From an uncultured Desulfarculus sp. (GTDB lineage: Bacteria; Desulfobacterota; Desulfarculia; Desulfarculales; Desulfarculaceae), in the NCBI GenBank assembly GCA_963665125.2, contig CAXXUK010000001.1:288001-352000 (forward strand): DNA of 64,000 nucleotides, given 5' to 3'. The notes beneath the pieces were generated by a model, which had not been told where the DNA came from, did no database searches, and saw only the letters and a list, made by a program, of their open reading frames with translations. The position numbers were made by a program, and so were the translations under genes. Of this stretch, positions 27,072-38,057 are shown piece after piece (the first letter of the stretch is position 1; each line of letters begins with the position of its first letter).

Positions 27072-28283
27072 CTAAAGCACTTGGTTGAAGCCGGGGATGC
27101 GCCTGAGCGCGTGGGCCAGGGCAAAGCTAACGACGATGCCGGCCGTGGTCACCAGGGCGAACTTGGCCAAGGGGGGCAGGGGAGCCGTGCGCAAGGGGAT
27201 TTGCAGGGCGATCACCAACAGGAAGTGGACGATATAGGCTCCGTAGGCCGCCGTTATCATTGCCCGCCCCAGGCCGTCCGGTTGCTTGTTGAGGCGCTCC
27301 CGAAACCAAACCGGCAGGCCCACGCACAAACCCACGCAGATGCACGCCTCCCAGGCGCACCAGACCAGCGACTGCCAGCTGGCCCCGCCTTTGGCTATGA
27401 TAACGGGCAGATAGGCCATGCCCGCCAAACGGTAGATATAGAACAACACTGCGGCGCCCAAACCGACCTTCAGCCAGAACATGCCCAGGGGGGCGGGGGT
27501 GCGCCGCGGCCAGTCATGACGGGCGGCCAGCACGCCTATCATGAACAGGCTGAAATACTGCGGCAGGTGCGCTATCTCGGAGGGGATCAGGAAAAACAAC
27601 GGCACCCAGCGGTCAACGGGATACCAGATGCGCACCACCCAAGTCACCGCAACCAAGGCCAAAAGATAGACCACGATCTGTCCGTGGGTGGGGTGCTCCC
27701 CGGCCCGGCCAAAGCCAAGGCCTGACGGCCCGAACCTGCGCCAAAGGACATAGACGGAGCCGTACAGCAGAAGATGGAGCAGAAACCACAACTGGTCATA
27801 CAGCGGCAGCCAGGCGTGATCATAGAGGTAGCCCAGAAAGGCCACGAATGCGCTGGTGTGTTCCAGGTCCAGGTGCTCAGTCGGCCCGATGGATAACAGG
27901 GCAAAGCCCGAGCCCGGATCGAAAAGGGCGAAATAGGCGATGGGGCCGGTAAAAAACAGGGCATAGACGGCCGTGGGGATGCCCAGGCGCTTTAAACGGG
28001 TTTGCAGGAAACCAGCCGCGCCTTTTTTGTCATAGGACTGGGGGACGAAAAAGCCGGAAACCAGGCAGAACAAGCCCATGAAAAAGGCCGCGTTCACCGC
28101 CAGGAACGGCTCAAGCAACATACTGTGCCGGACATTGTCGATGGGCCAGGCCCCGCCCGTGGCTCCGTAGGGCTGCGCGGCATGGTGGGCGATGACGAGC
28201 ATGGTCAGCGCCACCTTGAGCTTGTCGGCGAAGTCCATCCGCGCTGGGGGATCAGCTGGAATAGGGATGTTGCTTGTCGCCAT
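27072..28283 (-). CDS. Membrane acyltransferase family 3 (OpgC-like)
   Basis: RMDFADKLKVALTMLVIAHH; FFMGLFCLVSGFF; RLKRLGIP; LWFL; AYGAYIVH. Confidence 0.85.
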   Translation of the reverse strand: MATSNIPIPADPPARMDFADKLKVALTMLVIAHHAAQPYGATGGAWPIDNVRHSMLLEPFLAVNAAFFMGLFCLVSGFFVPQSYDKKGAAGFLQTRLKRLGIPTAVYALFFTGPIAYFALFDPGSGFALLSIGPTEHLDLEHTSAFVAFLGYLYDHAWLPLYDQLWFLLHLLLYGSVYVLWRRFGPSGLGFGRAGEHPTHGQIVVYLLALVAVTWVVRIWYPVDRWVPLFFLIPSEIAHLPQYFSLFMIGVLAARHDWPRRTPAPLGMFWLKVGLGAAVLFYIYRLAGMAYLPVIIAKGGASWQSLVWCAWEACICVGLCVGLPVWFRERLNKQPDGLGRAMITAAYGAYIVHFLLVIALQIPLRTAPLPPLAKFALVTTAGIVVSFALAHALRRIPGFNQVL

Positions 28284-28483
28284 GTGTTTAAAATCTTTGT
28301 TCAACCGATTGCCTTTGAAAACAGCCTGACCATGGTTCGCTGTTACAGCATTTTACTATTTTGAACCGGTTGGTTGGCAATTGCCAAGTGCCGTAAGCGG
28401 CCGCGATCGGCTTAGGCCACGGTCCAAAGAAAAGGTGCGGGATTTCTCCCGCACCTCTAGTCAAGACAGTGCAACGCATCAAT

Positions 28484-30895
28484 TTATTGTTGCATTACGC
28501 GGTCACCACCGGAGTTCCAGCCCGGGGCCTCGCCGGTCCATTTGATCTTGCCCCCATCGAATTCGGCAGTGAACACCAGTGCCGGATCCGCGGTTTCTTT
28601 TACGTGGGGCAGTTTTCCGCCCGCGCCATACCCCTTGGGAACATATAGCGTGAAATCCAGAGGGGTTGTTTCGCCGTTTTTCAGGGCCTCGAAATATTGG
28701 TTGGGAGCCTTGGCGTTGGGCACTCTGAACGTCTTGCCCACGAAACGGCTGCCGTTAAAGACGTAATCGGCGTAACCCAGAGCACAGCCATACAAGCTGA
28801 GCAATCCGATCTGTTTCGGGAACCTCCAGCCATACAGGATTTGGTGCAGATAGGCGTCCCTGGCCTGGGAATAGCTGGGCCATTGGCCTTTGCCCCAGGT
28901 CATTTCCGGGACATGGCTGTCAGGAAATTGTTTGTCCATTGCCGACATGGCCAACGCCACCACGGCCACGGAACCATAGAAAAACTCCCGGTTGAAATGA
29001 TGGCCCTGGGCGCTCCAATCCGGGTTGGCGCCCCGAAGCGGATTGGCGATCATGGCGAAAAAGGTCTGAAGAAGCTTTCCATGATCTTTATATCCCATGG
29101 CGCTCACGTATTCTCCGCCAAGGAAAAGGGCCGGGCCGAAGACTCCTTTTTTGCCGTTTTCCTCGTAGCTGACGGAACCGTCTCCGGTTTCGTCAAAGGC
29201 TTCGAGGAAGTTTGCCTTAAGGCTCGTGCCTTCCAGGCCGTCCGCGGCATCCATGTACCCAAGGAAGGTCTTTTGCAGGTCCCAAGGCAGTTTGTATATG
29301 TCCCAATAGAGGATTTTCGTGTGGATGTCGTTGAAGGTGTCTCCCTCCAGATATCCGAGCCTGCCGCCGGATGAGACCAGGGGATTATCCGTTACCGCAT
29401 CCCAGCCCGATATATGGTAGGCGCTCTGGCCCATGCCGTATTCCACGGCCTTGGCCATGCTGTAGTCGCGCATGATGGGGCAATCGTATTCCTGGACCGT
29501 CTTTATGGCCTTGCCGTCAAGCTTGGGCACGGGGACCCGCTGGGGGAAACGGCCGCCAAAGCCGTCTTCCGGGCCGTTTTGGGCGGCCTCTTGGAGGCCC
29601 ACGTTGCTGAACAGATACCGAGCGCACATCAGATCCACGGCCACCACATCGGCTCCGGCCACCATCAGGCCCTCGGGATGGGCAACACCCAGGCCCACGC
29701 CCTGGTGGTCGCGGTTTACGGCCTCGATGCCGTCCACGATGTGCATCATGGAGACACCCGTACCGGCCACCGCGCGGATGATATCCAGCATGGTGCCCGT
29801 GAGGCCGCCCGTCTTGGTAACCTTGTAATTGCCCTGGCCGTCCTTTTGGGGGATATGGGTATGCGGGTTCAGTTCCGGCACCCACACCTGATGGGGAATC
29901 CGGCTTTTCATGGTCGGGATATCCGTATCAGGCGAGCCGTAGGCCCAGCATTTGGCGCTGCCGTGGTTGGCCTGCAAGGGATAAAGGCCGATGCCCAGGT
30001 TTTTGATGGCATTGGTGAAAACCGCCTGGGAGTGGACCTTCAGCTTGGGCAGGTTGATCAACACGCAGCCGGGATAGCGTCTACGGTCTTCGGCGTCCGC
30101 CGGATCGCCGCCCACGATCACCTTGTGCAGGATGATGGACTTGAAGTTCTCGCCGTCGGGCAGCGGAACCGCCCGGCCCTTTGTGGGGTCGTCGCAGATA
30201 CGGTTCAGGTCGTAGACCATCAGACGGCCGCCGGCGTCGCCAGGGGCGACATATGTTCCGGCCATGCTCTCTTCCAGCCCGCTCATGGGATCTTCGTCCA
30301 ATTCAGGGCTCAGAGCTTCAGCCAGATAGCGCCTGGCGAAGTAGAAGCCCCAGCCGCCGAAAAAGTCATCGGAACGACCCTCGTAGGCCGCTTCAGGGGT
30401 GACGGGCCGGCCTTCCTTTTTAATATGCGAATACTGCGTGGCTTTGAGGATGCTTCCCGAGGCGGCTTCGCCAAGGCACATCTGGTCGTAACGTATTCCA
30501 GCCTGGTCATGGAACCAGCGCATAACCGCCGCCACAAAAGACCATTCCGTGTTGGCGAATGTGCCGGGCATTGGCAGGTGGGTGTACGGCTCAAGGCTTT
30601 CCACGGTAACCAGGTTGGGCTTCATGAGCAGCTTTTTGCCTTGTTTGAGCTGGCCTTGAACCTTTGCAATGAACGGCTCTGCCTGCTCCAGGGCGTTCAT
30701 TGCCTTGCTCAGGTTCTCATAAGTGTAATCGATCCTGTCCTTTATCCCCACCCAGGCAGCCTGATCATTATCTTCGATCACTTGCTTAAGCAGGGCCCCG
30801 ATTTCCTGGTAGGATTTTTCCGCCGACACCCTGGATACGCCAAGAGCCGCTCCGGACCGATCCAGGGTTATTTCACCGATAGCTGATTTTGCCAT
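28484..30895 (-). CDS. Large DUF362 domain-containing protein
   Basis: KLLMKPNLV; LGEAASG; INLPKLKVHSQAVFTNAIKNLGIG; IVDGI; DVVAVD. Confidence 0.75.
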   Translation of the reverse strand: MAKSAIGEITLDRSGAALGVSRVSAEKSYQEIGALLKQVIEDNDQAAWVGIKDRIDYTYENLSKAMNALEQAEPFIAKVQGQLKQGKKLLMKPNLVTVESLEPYTHLPMPGTFANTEWSFVAAVMRWFHDQAGIRYDQMCLGEAASGSILKATQYSHIKKEGRPVTPEAAYEGRSDDFFGGWGFYFARRYLAEALSPELDEDPMSGLEESMAGTYVAPGDAGGRLMVYDLNRICDDPTKGRAVPLPDGENFKSIILHKVIVGGDPADAEDRRRYPGCVLINLPKLKVHSQAVFTNAIKNLGIGLYPLQANHGSAKCWAYGSPDTDIPTMKSRIPHQVWVPELNPHTHIPQKDGQGNYKVTKTGGLTGTMLDIIRAVAGTGVSMMHIVDGIEAVNRDHQGVGLGVAHPEGLMVAGADVVAVDLMCARYLFSNVGLQEAAQNGPEDGFGGRFPQRVPVPKLDGKAIKTVQEYDCPIMRDYSMAKAVEYGMGQSAYHISGWDAVTDNPLVSSGGRLGYLEGDTFNDIHTKILYWDIYKLPWDLQKTFLGYMDAADGLEGTSLKANFLEAFDETGDGSVSYEENGKKGVFGPALFLGGEYVSAMGYKDHGKLLQTFFAMIANPLRGANPDWSAQGHHFNREFFYGSVAVVALAMSAMDKQFPDSHVPEMTWGKGQWPSYSQARDAYLHQILYGWRFPKQIGLLSLYGCALGYADYVFNGSRFVGKTFRVPNAKAPNQYFEALKNGETTPLDFTLYVPKGYGAGGKLPHVKETADPALVFTAEFDGGKIKWTGEAPGWNSGGDRVMQQ

Positions 30896-30940
30896 GTGGA
30901 TTCTTTCCGTGTCGTGATTCCCTTCTGGGAAGTTTTTAAC

Positions 30941-32872
30941 CTAGAGGCTCCAGGCGGCCTTCGCGCCTTCGTCCGTGGCCTCGATGATGCGGCGGACCTG
31001 CATGGCATCGCCGACCACTTTGTATTCGATGCCGCTGCTCTCCAGATATTGCTTCAGTTCGTCCTTGGGCTTCATGCCCACGGCCAGCACCACCTGGTCA
31101 ACGTCTTGCAGCACCTCGGGTTGTCCGTCCACGGAAAGAGTGACGGAGTTTTTACCCACGCTTTCCAGACAAGTATTGAACATCATCCGGCAACCGGCTT
31201 CCCGCAGCCGTTTGTGCAGCATGTAGCCGTGGGAGGCAGCCTTGATCACCGGGGAATTGGGCAGCATCTCCACCAAAGTGACCTGGCTGCCGCTGGATGA
31301 CAGGAAGTCGGCTGTTTCCATGCCGATCAAACCGCCGCCGACCACGACCACATTCTTGCCCGGCGCAACGGTCTTGCCCAGGATCTGCCAAGCCGTGCAG
31401 ACAATGGATTCGTCCAGGCCGGGAATGTCTGGGATGATCTTTTCACCGCCGATGGCCAGAATCACCGCCTCGGGAGCGCCGGTTTTGATCATCTCGGGAG
31501 TAACGGCGGTGTTGGTCTGAATGGTCACGCCGGACTGCTCCACCTGTTTGATCAACCAATCAATCCACTCGCCATAAATTTTCTTTGAAGGGGGAACCCT
31601 GGCAAACATGATCTGGCCGCCGGGATTTTCGGCTTTTTCAAACAGCGACACATCGTGCCCCAGCCTCTTGGCTTCATTGGCGGCGGTCAAGCCGGCCGGC
31701 CCAGCGCCGATGACCCAGACCTTGCGCTTTTTCGCGGCCGGCGTCCGGGGATACAAAAGCTCCTGGCCTGTCTCCGGGTTGATGGCGCAGCGCACGCTGG
31801 AGCCTGGCTCGAACATCAGCCGCTCGATGCAGCCCTGGTTGCAGGCGATGCATTTGCGGATCTGATCGTATTGGCCGGCCTTGGCCTTGTTCAGGAAATC
31901 GGGGTCGGCCAGTTGCTGGCGGCCAAAGGCGATCATGTCCGCGGCGCCCTCGGCGATGAACTTATCGGCCAGCCTGGGATCGCTGAACCGGCCCACGGCG
32001 ATAACCGGCCGGTCGGTGACTTCCTTGATCTTCTGGGCCCGCCCGACGTTCCAGCCCGGCTCGAACTCGGGCGGCGCGCTGGTCACGCCGCCGGGACTGC
32101 CGTGGGTGCCCACCGAGGCATGGAAAACATCCACGCCCGCTTCGACCAGATCCGGGATGATGGTCTGCGTGTCTTCCGACGTAAAACCGCCCCTGATGTA
32201 TTCCTCCACCGACAGCCGCAGCATCACCGGGAACTTGGCTCCGACGTTTTTTCTGACTTCCCGGACCACCTCGATCATGAACCGGGCGCGGCTCTTGAAA
32301 TCGCCGCCATACTCGTCGGTGCGCTGGTTGCTGATGGCCGACAGGAACTGGGTCAGCAGGTAGCCGTGCGCGCCGTGGATCTCGACAGCGTCGAACCCGG
32401 CCTTGACCGCCCGGACGGCCGCCTGACCAAAGGATTCGATGATCATCTTGATCTCGTCTTTGGTCATCTCCTTGGGGGCCATGCCGTAAACCAGACTGGG
32501 CAGAGCCGATGGCCCCAGGGCATAGCCTTTTTTCAGGCCGATGTAGTTCTCCCGGCCGGAATGGTGGAGTTGCATGGCCGCCTTGGCGCCGCCTTGGTGG
32601 ATGGCTTCCGCAACTTTGGTCAAACCAGGGATAAAGCTGTCATCCCAAACACCTATGCCGATGGCGCCCGTGGGATGAACAGCCGTGATCTCGGTGATGA
32701 CCAGACCAATGCCGCCCGAGGCCTGCCTGCTGATGTAGGCAATATTGGCATCGCTGACCGTGGCGTCCCTGTTTTCCAGGTGGCATCCCATCGGCGGCAT
32801 GACGCTGCGGTTGGGAATTTCCAAGTCCCCGATTTTTATTGGCGAAAATAGGTGCTTCAAATTGTTTTCCAT
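30941..32872 (-). CDS. NADH:flavin oxidoreductase (OYE TIM barrel + Fe-S + FAD; 2,4-dienoyl-CoA/enoate reductase-like)
   Basis: LFSPIKIG; EIHGAHGYLLTQFLS; NQRTDEYGG; CIACNQGC; VIGAGPAGL; VVGGGLIGME. Confidence 0.92.
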   Translation of the reverse strand: MENNLKHLFSPIKIGDLEIPNRSVMPPMGCHLENRDATVSDANIAYISRQASGGIGLVITEITAVHPTGAIGIGVWDDSFIPGLTKVAEAIHQGGAKAAMQLHHSGRENYIGLKKGYALGPSALPSLVYGMAPKEMTKDEIKMIIESFGQAAVRAVKAGFDAVEIHGAHGYLLTQFLSAISNQRTDEYGGDFKSRARFMIEVVREVRKNVGAKFPVMLRLSVEEYIRGGFTSEDTQTIIPDLVEAGVDVFHASVGTHGSPGGVTSAPPEFEPGWNVGRAQKIKEVTDRPVIAVGRFSDPRLADKFIAEGAADMIAFGRQQLADPDFLNKAKAGQYDQIRKCIACNQGCIERLMFEPGSSVRCAINPETGQELLYPRTPAAKKRKVWVIGAGPAGLTAANEAKRLGHDVSLFEKAENPGGQIMFARVPPSKKIYGEWIDWLIKQVEQSGVTIQTNTAVTPEMIKTGAPEAVILAIGGEKIIPDIPGLDESIVCTAWQILGKTVAPGKNVVVVGGGLIGMETADFLSSSGSQVTLVEMLPNSPVIKAASHGYMLHKRLREAGCRMMFNTCLESVGKNSVTLSVDGQPEVLQDVDQVVLAVGMKPKDELKQYLESSGIEYKVVGDAMQVRRIIEATDEGAKAAWSL

Positions 32873-33080
32873 GATTTGTCCTGCGGTTATGGCTCCAGGG
32901 AGCTGTTGATTGTTCGTTTGTGTGAGAACTGCCTAATCATAAGGACAGGATGGCGATTGATGCAAATAAAAAATGAACGGACGTTCGCGATTTATATGGA
33001 GCAGGCCTCAACGGCAGGCCGGGCGCGTGCCGGCATAAGTCCTTGAACGACTAGGTAAACGGAAAACCCAGCAGATAACA

Positions 33081-33117
33081 GCCCCAACAGGCTCCGCTGA
33101 CCGGGGCCTGTTGGGGC
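33081..33117. terminator. GC-rich hairpin downstream of maeB
   Basis: GCCCCAACAGGCTCCG-loop-CGGGGCCTGTTGGGGC. Confidence 0.6.
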
Positions 33118-33192
33118 GTTGTTTCAAGGCGGGCAGGGCGTTGGCTCTTTGTTGGCGTGAGTCCTTCGGCGCATGCCGAGAGCCGAAGGCCG

Positions 33193-35466
33193 TTACCCAA
33201 ACGCGGGGCCGGACGCCAGATGGATTCCCTGGGCCTGGGCCACGGTAAGGGCGATGACGTTGACCACGTTTTCCATGTCCGTGCCCCTGGGCAATACGTT
33301 GAAAGGCCTGGTCAGGCCCATGAGCAACGGGCCAACCGCCTTGGCGCCGCCCAGGGTTTGCAGCAGCTTATAGGCCACGTTGGCCGCCGAAAGATCCGGG
33401 AAGACAAGCACGTTGGCCGCCTTGCCCAGCCGGTTGAACGGAAAACGCGAGTTCAACAACGCCTCGTCCACCGCCGTGTCGGCCTGCATTTCGCCGTCAA
33501 TGGCCAACTCCGGCATGCGCTGCCTCACCAGTTCCACCGCGCGCACCACCTTTGCCGAATCCGGGTGGCGGGTGCTGCCGAAGTTGGAAAAGGAGATCAT
33601 GGCCACTTTGGGATCCAGGCCGAGGAATTCGGCCTGCTCGGCCGCCAGAACGGCGATCTCCGCCAATTCCTCGGAGTCGGGGTGGATGTTCACCGTGGCA
33701 TCCGCGAAAAGTAGGGTTCTGTGGCGGAAGATCATCATGTATATGCCCGCGACCTTGGCTATGCCCTGGCGGCGGGGGATGACCCACAATACCGGACGGA
33801 TGGCGTCGGGGTAGGAATGGGCAATGCCGTGCACCTGGCCGTCCATTATCCCCTCGCGGACCATCATGGCCCCGAACACGTAGCGGTGCCGAAGTTGGCG
33901 GCGGGTTTCCTCCATGCTCCAGCCCTTGCGGGCCCGGCGCTCATACAGTTTTTGGCAAAACTTTTCATACAGCGGGCTGGTGATGTTGTTGACCACCTCT
34001 ATGCCCGTCAGGGGGATGCCCAAATCAGCGGCCAGGGCGTGGATGCGTGTCTCCTCGCCCAGCAGCACGGGCCTGGCAATACCCTCGACGGCCACGTGGT
34101 GGGCCGCCCGCATGATCACCGGATTGTCGCCTTCGGGCAGAACGATGCGTTTGGGCTGCTGCTGGGCGCGGATGATGATTTTACGCATGATTTCGCGCTC
34201 GGGCCCCAGACGGGCCTCCAGCATTTGCAGATATTCCTGGCGCTCCGGCAGGTTGATCCTGGCCACGCCGCTATGCACCGCCGCTTCGGCCACGGCCGGG
34301 GTCACGGTCAATAACACCCTGGTGTCCAGGGGTTTGGGAATGATGTATTCCGGCCCGAACTGGATCGGTTTGCCGCCATAGGCCCGCACCACCGAGTCGG
34401 GCACGTCCTCCCGGGCCAGCTTGGCCAGGGCCCACACGGCGGCCAGCTTCATCTCTTCGTTGATGGCCGTGGCCCGGGCGTCCAGGGCGCCCCTGAAGAT
34501 AAACGGAAAACCCAGCACGTTGTTGACCTGGTTGGGATAGTCCGAACGGCCCGTGGCCACCACGGCATCGGGCCGGGCCGCCTTGGCCTCGTCATAGTCG
34601 ATTTCGGCGTCAGGGTTGGCCAGGGCGAAGACGATGGGCTTGGGGGCCATGGTGCGCAGCAGATCGGCGGTGAACGCGCCGCCCACCGACAGGCCCACCA
34701 GCACGTCTGCTCCATTGACGGCTTCGGCCAGGGTGCGCAGAGGCGTGTCCTGGGCAAAGTCTTCCTTGTAAGGGTTCATGCCCCTGGTGCGGCCCTTGTA
34801 GATCACACCCTTGGAGTCGACCATGATCAGGTTTTGGGGATGCACGCCCAGCTTGACATATAGTCTTGCGCAGGACATGGCCGCGGCTCCGGCGCCGTTG
34901 ACCACTACGCGCATGGATTCCATGGTGCGGCCGGTGAGTTCGGCGGCGTTTAAAAGGGCCGCCGCCGAGATGATCGCCGTGCCGTGTTGGTCGTCGTGAA
35001 ATACCGGGATGGACATGCGCCGGCTGAGTTCCTGCTCAATATAAAAACAGTCCGGGGCCTTGATGTCTTCCAGGTTGATGCCGCCGAAAGTGGGCTCCAG
35101 GCGCTCGACGGTGCGGATGAACTCGTCGGGGTCGGTGGTGTTCACCTCGATGTCGAATACGTCAAGATCGGCGAAACGCTTGAATAATACGCCCTTGCCC
35201 TCCATTACGGGCTTGCCGGCCAGGGGACCGATGTGGCCCAGGCCCAATACGGCCGTGCCGTTGGTGATCACGCCCACCAGGTTGCCTCTGGCCGTGTAGT
35301 CGAACGAGGCGTTGGGGTCGGCCTGTATCTCCAGGCAGGGCACGGCCACGCCGGGAGTATAGGCAAGGCTCAGATCCGCCTGGGTGCTGCACGGCTTGCT
35401 GGGTATAACCTCGATTTTGCCGGGGCGGGGATATTTATGGTAGTCCAGTGCGTTTTTGGCGTTCAC
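33193..35466 (-). CDS. maeB: NADP-dependent malic enzyme with C-terminal phosphotransacetylase-like domain
   Basis: [63 protein letters not shown]. Confidence 0.96.
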   Translation of the reverse strand: MNAKNALDYHKYPRPGKIEVIPSKPCSTQADLSLAYTPGVAVPCLEIQADPNASFDYTARGNLVGVITNGTAVLGLGHIGPLAGKPVMEGKGVLFKRFADLDVFDIEVNTTDPDEFIRTVERLEPTFGGINLEDIKAPDCFYIEQELSRRMSIPVFHDDQHGTAIISAAALLNAAELTGRTMESMRVVVNGAGAAAMSCARLYVKLGVHPQNLIMVDSKGVIYKGRTRGMNPYKEDFAQDTPLRTLAEAVNGADVLVGLSVGGAFTADLLRTMAPKPIVFALANPDAEIDYDEAKAARPDAVVATGRSDYPNQVNNVLGFPFIFRGALDARATAINEEMKLAAVWALAKLAREDVPDSVVRAYGGKPIQFGPEYIIPKPLDTRVLLTVTPAVAEAAVHSGVARINLPERQEYLQMLEARLGPEREIMRKIIIRAQQQPKRIVLPEGDNPVIMRAAHHVAVEGIARPVLLGEETRIHALAADLGIPLTGIEVVNNITSPLYEKFCQKLYERRARKGWSMEETRRQLRHRYVFGAMMVREGIMDGQVHGIAHSYPDAIRPVLWVIPRRQGIAKVAGIYMMIFRHRTLLFADATVNIHPDSEELAEIAVLAAEQAEFLGLDPKVAMISFSNFGSTRHPDSAKVVRAVELVRQRMPELAIDGEMQADTAVDEALLNSRFPFNRLGKAANVLVFPDLSAANVAYKLLQTLGGAKAVGPLLMGLTRPFNVLPRGTDMENVVNVIALTVAQAQGIHLASGPAFG

Positions 35467-35608
35467 GCTTCACCTACTTACTATAATTTAATCATTACAA
35501 ATAATGCCGACAAACATCATCATACACATGGAGGCGGCTGTCATCCGAAAAAAGGGCTGGCCGGGATATGCTTGGATAGATGCCTAAAATGGTAGTGATA
35601 TGGTGAAG

Positions 35609-36310
35609 TTAAACGTCTGTTGGGGATTGGTCACCGCCGGGGGAACAATGCACAAGTTGTTGGCAAACTTTCAGCCCCACAACAGCGTCGCTTGCCCAAT
35701 GGGCGGCGCCCACATAGGCGGCCATGTGCTCATCCAGGCAGGTGCCGCCGATGACGATCTTGGCCTTGGGCTCTGGAAGTTGGTCTTGCAATAGCTCCAC
35801 GGCGGCCTTGAGGTTTTCCACGCTGTTGGTAAGCACGCAACTTATGCCGATGACGTCCGGCTTTAATTCCCAGGCCTTCTCCAGGAACACCTGGGCCGGC
35901 ACGTCAACGCCAAGGTCGATGACCTCGAAGCTGTTGCAGTTGAGCAACAGGGCAAACAGGTTTTTGCCCAGATCGTGGATGTCGCCCTGGATGGTGCCCA
36001 GGATGATGCGCCCCGCGCTCTTCCCTTCCTGCTCGGGGGCCGCCAGATACGGCCGCAGAACCTCCATGGCCGAGCGCATGATCTCCCCGGCCATTATCAG
36101 CGCGGCGATGAAATACGCCCCTTCCTCGAACAAGACTCCGATGCGCCGCATGCCCTCCATGTAACAGGCCAGCAATTCCTTGGAGTCCACACCCTCGGCC
36201 AGCATGCCCTGCAATTCGGCCATGCTGTCTTCTTCACGCAACTCCACAATCATGGTCAGGAGCCGCTGCAAACGTTGATCCAGGGCCTCTCGTTCAAGCT
36301 GGTCACTCAT
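35609..36310 (-). CDS. Corrinoid (B12)-binding protein
   Basis: B12 cap domain plus GTIQGDIHDLGKN, IDLGVDVP, IGIS, IVIGG; start overlaps the GntR stop. Confidence 0.9.
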   Translation of the reverse strand: MSDQLEREALDQRLQRLLTMIVELREEDSMAELQGMLAEGVDSKELLACYMEGMRRIGVLFEEGAYFIAALIMAGEIMRSAMEVLRPYLAAPEQEGKSAGRIILGTIQGDIHDLGKNLFALLLNCNSFEVIDLGVDVPAQVFLEKAWELKPDVIGISCVLTNSVENLKAAVELLQDQLPEPKAKIVIGGTCLDEHMAAYVGAAHWASDAVVGLKVCQQLVHCSPGGDQSPTDV

Positions 36311-37106
36311 CCCAAACTCCAACCTTGCTGATCAGGGGCATTTTTTCATGACTGACAATAAACCAGCCAAAGGCCGCGGGCGTGTCATCGAAATCAAAGA
36401 ACAGATGCTCCAGCTTGAATGCGTTTTCGCCCTCGTTCATGTCGAGCAAACGGGCTTCCTGGGCGTCGAGTTGGGTGGGCAACAGCCGCAGCATTCCGCG
36501 TTTGAAGTTGGAGTAGCCTTCCTGAAAAATGAGCCCGGTGAGGACAACCGTGTCGAGCATGGCTTCGACCGTGGGGGAGCGCGGGTCGAAATTGGTAAAG
36601 GATATATGCAGGGTGAACGGTTCGTTGCGGTGCAGGATGATCCGCTGCACCTTGATGACCGGGCTGTTGTCGTCCAGGCCCAGAACTGCCTTCTCCGGTC
36701 CGGGCGTCTTTTTCACGGAAGCCTCGACAATGCGCACGGCCAGGTTTTCCCGGTCGGCTATTATGGCGCTCAGGGCGTCCAAACCGAAACTGCTGGCGGC
36801 AACGCCTATCTTGCGGACAAAGGTGCCCTTGCCCTGCATCCGGCGCACCAGCCCTTCCTCTTCCAACACGCTCACGGCTTGGCGGGCGGTCATGGCGCTA
36901 ACCCCGTAGGCCTTGGCCAAGGCTGATTCGGCCGGCAGTCGTGATCCGGGCGGGAATTCACCGCTGGAAATTGCCGAGCGCAGGCCGTTGGCCATCTGGG
37001 CATAGGCGGGCAGGCGCGAGGACTTGTCTATGGTGCCTTTAACCATGGGCGGCGGTTCGTTTGCCTGACCCGGATTAAACAAGCCTTTTTGATGGTTGGT
37101 TTTCAC
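36303..37106 (-). CDS. GntR-family regulator (HutC/UTRA subfamily)
   Basis: PAYAQMA...PGSRLPAESALAKAYGVSAMTARQAV...GKGTFV; C-terminal UTRA-sized domain. Confidence 0.9.
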   Translation of the reverse strand: MKTNHQKGLFNPGQANEPPPMVKGTIDKSSRLPAYAQMANGLRSAISSGEFPPGSRLPAESALAKAYGVSAMTARQAVSVLEEEGLVRRMQGKGTFVRKIGVAASSFGLDALSAIIADRENLAVRIVEASVKKTPGPEKAVLGLDDNSPVIKVQRIILHRNEPFTLHISFTNFDPRSPTVEAMLDTVVLTGLIFQEGYSNFKRGMLRLLPTQLDAQEARLLDMNEGENAFKLEHLFFDFDDTPAAFGWFIVSHEKMPLISKVGVWDE

Positions 37107-37387
37107 CTAGGCAGCTCCAGACAAACCCGGAATACGGGATTAGTCGCGGCGTATCTCTTTGCCCTTATAGCCAAAAAGGTCATCATTGCTACACTGTCCA
37201 GTAGGAAAGCACCCGAGACCTTTAATATATACGAAAATAAAGCTTCTTTAAAGATCATATTTTTCAAACGGTTATCAGTGTTGTGGGTTTAAATGCCATG
37301 AAAAAGTGTCGAATTTATCATTTTTTTGTGGCAGTCCTCTATAAGACTATAATAATATAAGAATGCAAGAAGCGCTATGGAGGATTC

Positions 37388-38041
37388 GTGACGAGCTTTC
37401 CTTACAAAATCATCACCTGCCGTTCCGTGGCGCCGGTGCTGGAGCAGATGCTGGGCAGTGGCGAGGCCTTGACCGTATTGGACATCGCCCTTCATCTACA
37501 GCCTGACAGGCTGCGCCGGACGCTCATGGAGACGGTGGCGGAACTGGAAATCGACGGTTCCACCATCCTGCTGGGTTACGGGTTATGCGGCCGGGCCCTG
37601 GAGGGCGTGGTGTCGGCCAAAAGCACCCTTGTTTTGCCCAAGGTCGACGACTGCGTGGGTATGCTCCTGGGCTCCCGGACCAGACACCAGCAGACCCTGG
37701 CCGAACATCCAGGCAGCTACTTCATGGAGCCGGCCTGGCTGGAGACTGAACTGAACATCTTCGAGGAAATGAAAAAAGGCCTGGGGCATGTCTCGCCGGA
37801 GCGGCGTAGGCAATTGCTCAGGATCGCCTTGAAACACTACGACCGGCTGGTGATGCTGGAGCGGCCCCAGGGCGACCAGCGAGAGCCTGAAAGGCGCTGC
37901 CGCGCTTTGGCCGGTGAATACGATATGGACTTCGTCCGGCTGGTTCAGGATCTGAGCCTGATGGACAAACTTTTACATGGGCCGTGGGACGGGCCGGATT
38001 TCATCAAGGCCGCCCCGGGTGTGCCGATTCCCTTGTTTTAG
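37388..38041 (+). CDS. DUF1638 domain protein (corrinoid methyltransferase-associated)
   Basis: IITC; LHLQPDRLR; ILLGYGLCG; PKVDDCVGMLLGS; LLHGPWD. Confidence 0.85.
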   Translation: MTSFPYKIITCRSVAPVLEQMLGSGEALTVLDIALHLQPDRLRRTLMETVAELEIDGSTILLGYGLCGRALEGVVSAKSTLVLPKVDDCVGMLLGSRTRHQQTLAEHPGSYFMEPAWLETELNIFEEMKKGLGHVSPERRRQLLRIALKHYDRLVMLERPQGDQREPERRCRALAGEYDMDFVRLVQDLSLMDKLLHGPWDGPDFIKAAPGVPIPLF

Positions 38042-38057
38042 GAAAAGCGAGAAATTC

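Noticed and set aside
28374..28387. Perfect palindrome TTGGCAATTGCCAA upstream of the acyltransferase
   Set aside because: Single copy, no linked regulator, does not fit sigma54 spacing
37107..37387. Cobalamin riboswitch ahead of the corrinoid operon
   Set aside because: No B12-box or conserved GGGAA/GCCACTG elements seen; it looks like an AT-rich divergent promoter
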